51,548 nucleotides of DNA from Patescibacteria group bacterium UBA6033 (GTDB taxonomy: Bacteria > Patescibacteriota > Minisyncoccia > Phycocordibacterales > Phycocordibacteraceae): contig DIZH01000011.1 in assembly GCA_002429325.1 (NCBI GenBank), forward strand, positions 1 to 51,548. Reading direction: 5' to 3'. The position numbers and the translations under genes are program-made. Positions 16,680 through 25,000 of the stretch are shown one piece after another (the stretch's first letter is position 1; each line of letters begins with the position of its first letter). Below the pieces are notes generated by a model, which saw nothing but the letters and a program-made list of their open reading frames with translations, was not told the DNA's origin and did no database searches.

Positions 16680-16886
16680 ATGGTGATACCGCCCCCGAGA
16701 TCTAAACCTCCGACTGAACGGACCAAGACGCTGTACTGCTCGTTTTGCGGACAGTCTCAGTACGAGGTCAAGAAGATGGTCGCCGGCCTGTATGTGTACA
16801 TTTGCGACGAGTGCATCGCGCTCTGCGCCAGCATCGTCGCTGCCGAAGACGCAGTTTCCCCCGACGACCTCGAAAGGTCAGGCTAA
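16680..16886 (+). CDS. Stand-alone ClpX-type C4 zinc-finger (ZBD) protein, 68 aa.
   Basis: [34 protein letters not shown] matches the ClpX N-terminal zinc-binding domain (CSFCGK...L..G....ICDEC...C). No AAA+ module follows. SD AAAGGAGA with a 5-nt spacer. Confidence 0.75.
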   Translation: MVIPPPRSKPPTERTKTLYCSFCGQSQYEVKKMVAGLYVYICDECIALCASIVAAEDAVSPDDLERSG

Positions 16887-16913
16887 ACCGCCCCACGAAA
16901 CCGTGAGGGCGGT
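16885..16913 (+). repeat. 29-nt hairpin repeat, copy 2. It overlaps the last two bases of the ClpX-ZBD stop codon and acts as its terminator.
   Basis: Exact copy of 16545-16573, followed by TCGTGTTTTA. Confidence 0.7.
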
Positions 16914-16930
16914 TCGTGTTTTATGCCGAT

Positions 16931-16962
16931 CAACTTGGAGGAAAGGCCTCCAAGTTGTTTTT
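16931..16962 (+). terminator. Hairpin terminator / REP-like palindrome between the ClpX-ZBD gene and the rnr 3' end.
   Basis: CAACTTGGAGG (16931-16941), loop AAAGG, CCTCCAAGTTG (16947-16957), then TTTTT. A near-identical 25-mer occurs at 21124-21148. Confidence 0.6.
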
Positions 16963-18910
16963 ATGCGACAGGGACGAAGTCGAGTTCTTTTTCTGCGATA
17001 CGCGCTCCGGTCAGTTTGACCTTGATAGGATCGCCGAGGCGATAGCTCTTACGCGTGCGCTTGCCGAGGAGTTGATAATTCTTTTCATCGTATTCGAAAT
17101 AGTCATCGCCGACATCGTGCACGCGTATCATGCCGTCGGCATGAGTCGTCTTTTCCTCGACGTAGAGCCCGCGCTCAGTGACGCCTGAAATGACAGCATC
17201 GAACGTCTCACCGATTCGGCCGGCGAGGAACTCGACCTGTTTCATCTTTATAGAATCGCGCTCGGCGTCAGCAGCAGCGACTTCGCGCTCGGACGCATGG
17301 AGGGCGAGCTTATCGAACATTTGCATTTCTTCGGCAGTGATGGAATCGCCACCAGCGTGGGACTTTATCAGTCGATGAATGATGAGGTCAGGATAGCGTC
17401 GGATAGGCGACGTGAAGTGCGTATAGAATTCGAAGGCGAGGCCGAAGTGCCCGATGTTGCGCGTCGTGTAAATGGCCTTACTCATTGAGCGAAGCGCTGC
17501 CATCTTTACCAGATATTCCTCAGGCTTTCCTTTCACCGCTTCGAGAAGCTTATTGAGCTCGGCGCCGGTCACTTTGCCGCTACCAGATGTCTGCAAATGG
17601 TAACCCATGACGCGGAGGAGATTCGCAAGGTTCTCAATGCGATCAGTGTCAGGCTCGTCATGCACGCGATAGAGCGAAGCGAAGTTCGCTCCGCCATCTG
17701 CAGTGAGTTTCGCGAGATGCTTCGCGACAGATTCGTTTGCGAGCAGCATGAAGTCTTCGATAAGGAGGTTCGTATCTTTACGCTCCTTGAGACGGATAGC
17801 GATAGGATGGCCTTCGGCGTCGAGCTCCACTTTCACTTCGGCAGTATCAAATTCGATAGCGCCTTTGGCTGCGCGCTTCGCGCGGATTTTCTTGGAGAGT
17901 GCGAGAAGAGTCGAAAGTTCCGTATGCAAATCGCCCGAACCAGCATCGAGCACCTCTTGTGCATTTTCATAGGTAAACCGTTTATCAGAATGGATGACGG
18001 TCTCGCCAAACCATTCGTTAAGAATATTTGCATCGGCATCGAGCGTGAAAACCGCCGAGACAGCGAGGCGGTCTTCATTAGGATTGAGCGAACAGAGGTC
18101 AGTCGAGAGAATGTGGGGGAGCATCGGGATAGTCCGGTCTACGAGGTAGACGGATGTGGCGCGTTCCCGTGCTTCCTTATCAAGCTCGTTCCCGGGCCTC
18201 ACGAAAAACGATACATCAGCGATATGTACGCCGACCTCGATAGTCCCATCAGGAAGTTTCTGTACGGAAAGCGCGTCGTCGAAATCTTTTGCATCATGCG
18301 GGTCGATGGTGCAGGTTGTGACATTTCTGAAATCACGGCGCTTCGGATTCCTCGCTTCCTCAGCGAGTTGTGCTCGGCCGTGTTCCTCGAGCGCCTTTGC
18401 TTCTGCTATGACGCCGGGAGGGAAGTCAGACGAGAATCCCTGCCCGAGCGCAAGTGAGCGCATCTCAGTCTCATGCACACCAGCTGCGCCGATGACTTCT
18501 TCAATCGTGCCAAGTGGATAGTCCTTATCGGCATCCCAGCTCACCAGTCGTACCAGCGCTTTATAGCCGAGCGGCGCATCGCCGCGGTCCTTTATAACGA
18601 TGGGCACATACATCTTCTTGTAGTCTGGTTCGAGGAACGTCATACCGTCTTGTTCAATAAGAGTACCGACGAACGTCTCTCGTGCGCGCGAGACTATCTC
18701 GACCACTTTTCCAGCAGCGCGTGCTGGCATGCGGCCTGACGGGTCGCGATACTCACCCATAGGGGTTACCTTCACGATGTCGCCCGAAAGCGCGTGAGTG
18801 GTCCATTCTGGCGGTATGAGAAGGTCTTCCTTGTCCTCGCCAATGGCGAAAAAGCCGAAACCCTTGCGGGTCATTGTAATAGGACCCTCGTATAGTTGTG
18901 TGTCTGACAT
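16961..18910 (-). CDS. rnr: Ribonuclease R / RNase II-family 3'-5' exoribonuclease.
   Basis: RNB domain motifs (IDPHDAKDFDDALS, VYLVDRTIPMLP, HFGLAFEFYTHFTSPIRRYPDLIIHR) and a C-terminal S1 domain. The ATG at 18910 (GGAGGAA just upstream) is preferred over the TTG at 18940. Confidence 0.88.
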   Translation of the reverse strand: MSDTQLYEGPITMTRKGFGFFAIGEDKEDLLIPPEWTTHALSGDIVKVTPMGEYRDPSGRMPARAAGKVVEIVSRARETFVGTLIEQDGMTFLEPDYKKMYVPIVIKDRGDAPLGYKALVRLVSWDADKDYPLGTIEEVIGAAGVHETEMRSLALGQGFSSDFPPGVIAEAKALEEHGRAQLAEEARNPKRRDFRNVTTCTIDPHDAKDFDDALSVQKLPDGTIEVGVHIADVSFFVRPGNELDKEARERATSVYLVDRTIPMLPHILSTDLCSLNPNEDRLAVSAVFTLDADANILNEWFGETVIHSDKRFTYENAQEVLDAGSGDLHTELSTLLALSKKIRAKRAAKGAIEFDTAEVKVELDAEGHPIAIRLKERKDTNLLIEDFMLLANESVAKHLAKLTADGGANFASLYRVHDEPDTDRIENLANLLRVMGYHLQTSGSGKVTGAELNKLLEAVKGKPEEYLVKMAALRSMSKAIYTTRNIGHFGLAFEFYTHFTSPIRRYPDLIIHRLIKSHAGGDSITAEEMQMFDKLALHASEREVAAADAERDSIKMKQVEFLAGRIGETFDAVISGVTERGLYVEEKTTHADGMIRVHDVGDDYFEYDEKNYQLLGKRTRKSYRLGDPIKVKLTGARIAEKELDFVPVA

Positions 18911-19004
18911 TTCCTCCACTGTAGCCCCGTTACAAATCAAAGTAAATGGCGCATCTGCAATATCTTTCTACACTGCCTCTACTATGCGAGATTTGTAACG
19001 GGGG
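18911..19004 (-). promoter_or_regulatory. Possible structured 5' leader of rnr.
   Basis: A 14-bp perfect inverted repeat, CCCCGTTACAAATC (18925-18938) and GATTTGTAACGGGG (18991-19004), lies immediately upstream of the SD and start. Confidence 0.35.
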
Positions 19005-19107
19005 TACCAGATCCTCCTCCGAACGAGTGTCCATATCAAGTCCTCGATGCTATAGTTAACGGGCGCAGTCCCCTCTGCGCAGTTTCTTCATTTCTTCATT
19101 GAAATTT

Positions 19108-19134
19108 GCGGCCACTTCGGTGGCCGCCTTTTTT
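19108..19134 (+). terminator. Strong intrinsic terminator 40 nt upstream of the rpsP start (attenuator or the end of a small RNA).
   Basis: GCGGCCAC-TTCG-GTGGCCGC (19108-19127) followed by CTTTTTTA. A second hairpin, GCGCAG-TCCCCT-CTGCGC, lies at about 19065-19082. Confidence 0.6.
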
Positions 19135-19173
19135 ATTTGCGGTTTTAGGCCGATTCTGGTAATGTGCTGCTAC

Positions 19174-19620
19174 ATGTTGATGATTCGATTCCAACGCATC
19201 GGCCGGACCAATGATCCGGCATTTCGCATTGCCGTCCTTGAGAAGACTCGCGCTGCAAAGGCAGGGAGCATTGTCGAACTTCTCGGCACCTACAATCCCC
19301 GCAGCAAGGCGCTCACCCTCAACGAAGAGCATGTGAAGGAATGGATTGCTAAGGGTGCACAGCCGACCGACTCTATCCGCAACCTCCTTATCAATAAGGG
19401 TGTCATCGCTGGTAAGAAAGTAAATGTGCTTCCCAAGAAGACTCCTCAGAAAGATGAGGCTGCAGAAGCCAAGGCCGCAGCAGATGCGAAGGCAGCCGAA
19501 GAGGCCGCAAAGGCTGCCGCAGCCGCAGCAGCTATGCCGACCGAGGAAGAAGTTGTTGCTGAGGCTCTTCCGGCCGAAGCTGCTCCCGAGGCAGTTGTTG
19601 AAGAGACTCCCGCAGCGTAA
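19174..19620 (+). CDS. rpsP: Ribosomal protein bS16 with an Ala/Glu/Lys-rich C-terminal tail.
   Basis: MLMIRFQRIGRTNDPAFRIAVLE... is the canonical S16 N-terminus. The ORF-track start at 19099 runs through the terminator hairpin and is rejected. Confidence 0.9.
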   Translation: MLMIRFQRIGRTNDPAFRIAVLEKTRAAKAGSIVELLGTYNPRSKALTLNEEHVKEWIAKGAQPTDSIRNLLINKGVIAGKKVNVLPKKTPQKDEAAEAKAAADAKAAEEAAKAAAAAAAMPTEEEVVAEALPAEAAPEAVVEETPAA

Positions 19621-19658
19621 CTCCACCGCCGTTGGCGGTCATAACCAATATCCCTACC

Positions 19659-19976
19659 ATGGAACCAGATCAAGCATTTCTCGAATATGCAGTGAAGGCG
19701 CTCGTCGACCATCCTGAGTCGGTCGAGACGACGCGTACCATTGATCAGATGGGTGTATTGCTCACTCTCGCGGTCCATCCAGAGGACATGGGAAAAATCA
19801 TCGGCAAGAGCGGCAAGACCGCTGAAGCGCTCCGTATCCTTCTGCGCGTAGTTGGCATGAAAGGGAATGCACGAGTCAATCTCAAGATAAATGAGCCCAT
19901 GGGCGGTCAGCGCCTATCTGCTCCATCAGTCGAACCTGAAATGAAGACAGTTGACCAGGTAGTCGACGAGCTATAG
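19659..19976 (+). CDS. KH-domain RNA-binding protein (YlqC/UPF0109-like).
   Basis: GKIIGKSGKTAEALRILL (GXXG loop). It holds the conserved position between rpsP and trmD. Confidence 0.8.
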   Translation: MEPDQAFLEYAVKALVDHPESVETTRTIDQMGVLLTLAVHPEDMGKIIGKSGKTAEALRILLRVVGMKGNARVNLKINEPMGGQRLSAPSVEPEMKTVDQVVDEL

Positions 19977-19978
19977 TC

Positions 19979-20635
19979 GTGAAGTTCCATCTCATCACAC
20001 TTTTTGAAGAAGCATGCGATGCCTATCTTTCGGCGTCGATCGTCGGCCGTGCGCGCAAGGAGAAGAAGATTTTCGTAACGTATCAGACCCCGCGCGATTT
20101 TGTAGATAACAAATGGGGCAAAGTAGATGAACGTCCGTATGGCGGCGGCCCAGGCATGGTGATGACCGCTCTTCCTGTCGTGCGCGCCGTAGAGAAGAGT
20201 CTGAAGACTCGCACCAAGGGCGCGCGCAAGCAGATAATCGTATGGTTTAGTCCGAGCGGGAAGCAGTTTACGAACAAAGACGCGGATGCGCTCGTAAAAT
20301 ACGACGATGTCGTGCTCGTGTGCGGCCGCTACGAGGGTATCGATGAACGCGCGAGGAAGATGCTGAAGACCATTGCGACGGTAAAAGAGTTCGCTGTGGG
20401 CGAAGCGGTGTATACCGGCGGGGAAGTCCCAGCGCTCGCCATTGTCGACGCGGTTACGCGCAGGCTTCCTGGCGTACTCGGCAAAGACGCATCAGTGGAG
20501 GAACGCCGCATTGCTTCGAGCGCGGTCTACACTCGTCCCGAAACTATTTTGTACAAAGAAAAGAAATATAAAGTCCCCAAAGTCTTGCAAACAGGTCACC
20601 ATGCGAACATTGACGAGTGGAGGAAGAATAAGTAA
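19979..20635 (+). CDS. trmD: tRNA (guanine37-N1)-methyltransferase.
   Basis: ERPYGGGPGMVM, VCGRYEGIDERA, GTG start. No rimM or rplS flanks it. Confidence 0.92.
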   Translation: MKFHLITLFEEACDAYLSASIVGRARKEKKIFVTYQTPRDFVDNKWGKVDERPYGGGPGMVMTALPVVRAVEKSLKTRTKGARKQIIVWFSPSGKQFTNKDADALVKYDDVVLVCGRYEGIDERARKMLKTIATVKEFAVGEAVYTGGEVPALAIVDAVTRRLPGVLGKDASVEERRIASSAVYTRPETILYKEKKYKVPKVLQTGHHANIDEWRKNK

Positions 20636-20712
20636 GGTTTCAATCAACGTCGCTTGTTCATTCAATCTTGGCAAGCAGGTTCGCGACGTTACTGCGGGCT
20701 CAAGGATGAATC

Positions 20713-21060
20713 ATGAAGGAAGTTTCTGTTTTCCATGGGACTGGCAATCCTCACCGCGCAGCGTTGCAAGGTGCACTTGCTGCAGCGAAGAATCGTCCTA
20801 CGAGGGTCTATCGGGTGCAGATCGTAGGTCCGGTGTCGTACGTGTTTACGACGACATCGAAAGACGTCTTCCTGTGGTTCGGTATTCTGGGTACCAAAAC
20901 CCTCCGCATCTTCGGCTGGTTTCTCGGCGAGGAGTTCAAGGATGGGGGGAGTGAGCTTCTGCTCAGTGTTGAGTCCCAAGAGCGGAAAGATGTGCATCTG
21001 GTCACGCTAACGCACCCCGAGGAGTACGTGTTGAACTTTACGTTCTCGCCAGTACATTGA
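20713..21060 (+). CDS. Hypothetical protein (115 aa).
   Basis: AAGGA SD with a 6-nt spacer and its own terminator. No family recognised. Confidence 0.45.
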   Translation: MKEVSVFHGTGNPHRAALQGALAAAKNRPTRVYRVQIVGPVSYVFTTTSKDVFLWFGILGTKTLRIFGWFLGEEFKDGGSELLLSVESQERKDVHLVTLTHPEEYVLNFTFSPVH

Positions 21061-21091
21061 GCATCTCGCGGCACTAGCCGCTCGCAACGAG

Positions 21092-21119
21092 AAGTCGCCT
21101 GCTGGCGGCTTTTCTTTTT
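21092..21119 (+). terminator. Rho-independent terminator.
   Basis: AAGTCGCC-TGCT-GGCGGCTT followed by TTCTTTTT. The 16-nt 3' end GGCGGCTTTTCTTTTT is identical to that at 21660-21675. Confidence 0.65.
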
Positions 21120-21231
21120 GCCTCAACTTTGAGGCAAGGCCTCCAAGTAATGGACACTCAGCACATTCAGCGGTATTGTGCGCACGGTCCAGAGTTCGGC
21201 GCCACGGCGCCTCTTCACAGGAGAACGGAAC

Positions 21232-21606
21232 ATGAGTGCACGCGACAGGAAGTTGATCGCCCAAGGAGTGGCAGTGGCGCGATCCATGAAAGGAAAGCGT
21301 CCTCATCTGGCTGAGTTGGCCAGGCAGCTGGGGATGTATTTCGAACAGCTTACGGACGAGCGTCTCAACGCGCTGTACCAGAAGCTCTTTGTCGAAGGGT
21401 GGGCGGAGCCCGAACCGTTGCCGCTCTCGACCAGGAATGCAATCGAGCATGTGAAGCGCCTGGTCATGAGTGCTGTGGGCGAAGAGCAGCTCTCGCGCGA
21501 ACGTGGGTGGTTTGACAAGTTGAACCATCCGGATTCCAGTGTTCGTCGGTTGTCCGACGCTTATCGCACTTATCCCTCCATACGGGACGGTGAGTCAGGC
21601 GACTGA
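21232..21606 (+). CDS. Hypothetical helical protein (124 aa), possibly with an HTH near the N-terminus.
   Basis: Met at 21232 is preceded by CAGGAGAACGGAAC. The segment PHLAELARQLGM resembles an HTH recognition region; this is weak and by eye only. Confidence 0.45.
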   Translation: MSARDRKLIAQGVAVARSMKGKRPHLAELARQLGMYFEQLTDERLNALYQKLFVEGWAEPEPLPLSTRNAIEHVKRLVMSAVGEEQLSRERGWFDKLNHPDSSVRRLSDAYRTYPSIRDGESGD

Positions 21607-21648
21607 CCTGAGGAGTTGCTCGCAGACCCGTGCCGCACGGAGGACGAG

Positions 21649-21675
21649 AGCCGTCTTCGGGCGGCTTTTCTTTTT
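21649..21675 (+). terminator. Rho-independent terminator.
   Basis: AGCCGTC-TTCG-GGCGGCT followed by TTTCTTTTT. Confidence 0.65.
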
Positions 21676-21712
21676 ACAGACAACCAACCAACTGGCAACT
21701 GGAACCATGGGA

Positions 21713-21790
21713 GTATTTCGTAAATACCCCCATGAGATATACCTCATGGGGAGATGAACCCATAGGGGGTTTCGTAAACCCCCTATGGGT
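21713..21790. other. Cluster of three perfect palindromes/hairpins. Two are built around the same TTTCGTAAA core.
   Basis: GTATTT-CGT-AAATAC (21713-21727). CCCCATGAG-ATATAC-CTCATGGGG (21728-21751). ACCCATAGGGGGTTT-CGT-AAACCCCCTATGGGT (21758-21790, 15-bp arms). Confidence 0.5.
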
Positions 21791-22032
21791 GGTAGAGGAG
21801 GAGAATCGCGGGATTATCCCCAGGAAGAGCAGTTGGCAGCTCCAAAGGGGGTTGCGCCCGAGGGGGCTGGTCTGATATAGTGAACCCCTAAGATACGACT
21901 GAGTAACGGAGGGCTGGGCGAGATACATACGGGAGTCAAAGAAAAACGCATAAGCGCAAGCGGATTTATTTCCGTGCGTTCGCATTTGTATATAGGAAGA
22001 AGACTTTATTTACCCACTTCACGCCACCAGAC

Positions 22033-25000
22033 ATGCGCAAAAACCTCGTACAAAAGACCTTCGGTGCGTACAAAGCGCCATCCGTTCCGTTCCCGGACTT
22101 CGTTGGTCACCAGCGCAGTTCATTTGACTGGCTCCTCAAGGACGGGCTCATGGAGCTCTTCAAGGAGTTCTCGCCAATCACCGACTACTCCGGCAAGAAG
22201 TTCGAACTGCAGTTCGAGAGTTTTGAAATCGGCGAGCCGAAATTCGACGAGGCATTCGCCCGCGAAAATATCCGCACCTACGAGGCGCCTATCAAGGCGA
22301 CGGTGAAGCTCATCAACAAGACATTCGGTTCAGAGAAGCGTCAGGAGATTTTCCTCACTGACATGCCGATGATGACACCGCACGGCTCATTCGTCGTGTC
22401 TGGCGTCGAACGCGCAATCGTCCCGCAGCTCGCTCGCAGCTTCGGTGCATTCTTCGTGTCCGAACTCATCCGCGGCAAGCAGTTCTTCGGTTCGAAGATT
22501 ATCCCGCTTCGCGGCGTATGGATCGAGATCGACTCAGAAGCAGACGGCGCGCTCTTCATGAAGATCGATCGCAAGCGCAAGTTCCCTATCTCTCAAATTT
22601 TGACCGTCTTTGGCGGCGGCATTGGTGCTGACACGCTCAAGCACTTTGCGAAGGACCCTCTCGCACTCGAGGCGATGAAGGCAACGATCGTCCACGACGA
22701 AGCGAAATCGATTGAGGAGGCATATGTCGAGATACACCGCCGCATGCGCGACGGTGACCTTGCCACGCCTGAGAACGCGAAGAACTTCGTGCAGTCGCTC
22801 TTCTCCGTTGATCGCTACGACCTCGGCCGCGTCGGTCGCGCACGTCTCAACTCTCGCTTCGGACTTCCGACTACCGAGAAGGCACTCGACAAGCGTACGC
22901 TCACGCTCGCAGATTTCGTGCGCATCATTTCAGAAATAGTCCGACTCAATGCTGACCCATCAGCGCGCCCAGACGACATCGACCACCTCGGCTTCCGCCG
23001 CGTGCGTTTCGTCGGCGAACTTCTCCAGGCCCGCATGCGCGTTGGTATGAGCCGCATGAAGCGCAACATTCAGGATCGCATGTCGACCATCGAAAGTGAG
23101 ACCACACTCCCGATGGCGCTCGTGAATCCGCGCCCATTCCATGCATCCGTGCATGAATTCTTCACGGCCAACCAGCTCTCTCAGTTCATGGACCAGCAGA
23201 ACATCCTTTCTGAGCTCGAGAACATGCGCACGTTCTCAGCACTCGGTCCTGGCGGCCTCACTCGTGAGCGCGCCGGTTTCGAAGTGCGCGACGTGCATCC
23301 ATCCCACTACGGACGCCTTTGTCCGATTCATACGCCAGAAGGCCAGAACATCGGTCTCATCCTCCATATGGCGACTCATGCTCGTACAAACGACTTCGGC
23401 GTCATCGAAACTCCGTATGTCCGCGTGAAGAGTGGCAAAGTCACTGAGGAGATCGTCTACCTCAACGGGCTTGATGAAGAGATTGAGATGATTGCGCATG
23501 GCGCAACACCAGTCGACAAGGATGGCCGTATCGTTCCTGATTCAGTAGAGGCTCGCTACAAGGGCGACCCTATCATCGTTCCGCGCGAACAGATCACACT
23601 CATGGACGCCTCGACCTATCAGATGTTCTCCGTCGCGACCTGCATGATTCCGTTCGTCGACCACGACGACGCGAACCGCGCACTCATGGGTAGCAACATG
23701 CAGAAGCAAGCAACACCGGTCCTCATCCCTGAGGCACCGCTCGTTGCCACTGGCATTGAAGCACCGGCAGCACGCAGCACTGGCCGCCTCGTCCTTGCTA
23801 TGGAAGCTGGTGAAGTCACCTATGTCGACGCACGCAAGGTCGTCGTCGAGAATAAGGAAGGGAAGAAGAAAGACTATCACCTCCAGGGCATCACGCAGAC
23901 CAACCAGAACTCGACATTCATGCAGCGCCCATCCGTGCTGCTTGGCGACAAGGTGAAGAAAGGCGATGTACTCGCTGACAACTCTTCGACCGACCAGGGC
24001 CAGCTCGCGCTCGGTCAGAACGTACGTGTCGGCTTCATGAGCTGGAACGGCGCGAACTACGAAGACGCCATCATCATTTCAGAACGTCTCGTTGAGGAAG
24101 CGAAGTTCACGACCGTCCACATTGAGGACTTCGAATGCGTCGTGCGCGACACTAAGCTCGGTCCCGAGACGACAACGCACGACATCCCGAACGTCGGCGA
24201 ACTTCGTTTGAAGAATCTCGACGAAGAGGGTGTCATTCGCATCGGCGCTGAAGTGCGCCCAGGCGACATCCTTGTCGGCAAAGTAACGCCGAAAGGCGAG
24301 ACGCAGCTTACGCCGGAAGAGCGCCTCTTGCGCAGCATCTTCGGCGATAAGGCAAAGGACGTGAAGGACACCTCGCTCCGCATGGAAGGCGGCAAGCGCG
24401 GTCGCGTCATCGGCGTACGCGTCTTCTCTCGCGAGAAGGGCGATCAGCTCGAGACGGGCATCATCAAGAAGATGGTGGTCACGGTTGCGCAGGTGAGAAA
24501 CGTCAGTGTCGGCGACAAGCTCGCCGGACGCCACGGTAACAAAGGTGTTATCTCCCGCGTGCTTCCTGTCGAGGACATGCCGTATGACAAGGACGGAAAT
24601 CCTATCGACATCATCCTCACACCGCTCGGCGTGCCAAGCCGTATGAATCTCGGACAAATCCTCGAGATGCACCTCGGTCTCGCGGCGCACTCGCTCGGTT
24701 ACCAGGCAGTCGTACCGCCGTTTGCTGGCGCAACACCGGATGAAATCCGCGATGAGCTCGAAGCCGCTGGCTACGAGCGCACTGGCAAGATGCAACTCTT
24801 CGACGGCCAGACCGGAGAAGCGTTCGCACAGACTATCGCCGTCGGGTACATGTACATCTTGAAACTCCATCACATGGTGGAAGACAAGATTCACATGCGT
24901 TCCATCGGTCCGTACAGCCTCATAACGCAGCAGCCACTCGGCGGCAAGGCACAGAACGGCGGTCAGCGTTTCGGCGAAATGGAAGTGTGGGCGCTCCTCG

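Noticed and set aside
16545-16913. A CRISPR-like reading of the identical 29-nt repeats.
   Set aside because: There are only two copies. The 311-bp 'spacer' is a coding gene with an SD. No cas genes are present.
19099-19173. The N-terminal extension of the rpsP ORF (MKFAATSVAAFF...).
   Set aside because: It runs through a terminator hairpin. Canonical S16 begins at MLMIRFQRIGR (19174).
21630-21875. The 81-aa ORF overlapping the palindrome cluster.
   Set aside because: Its sequence is dictated by perfect palindromes, it has no SD, and it begins inside the preceding terminator. It is more likely non-coding.
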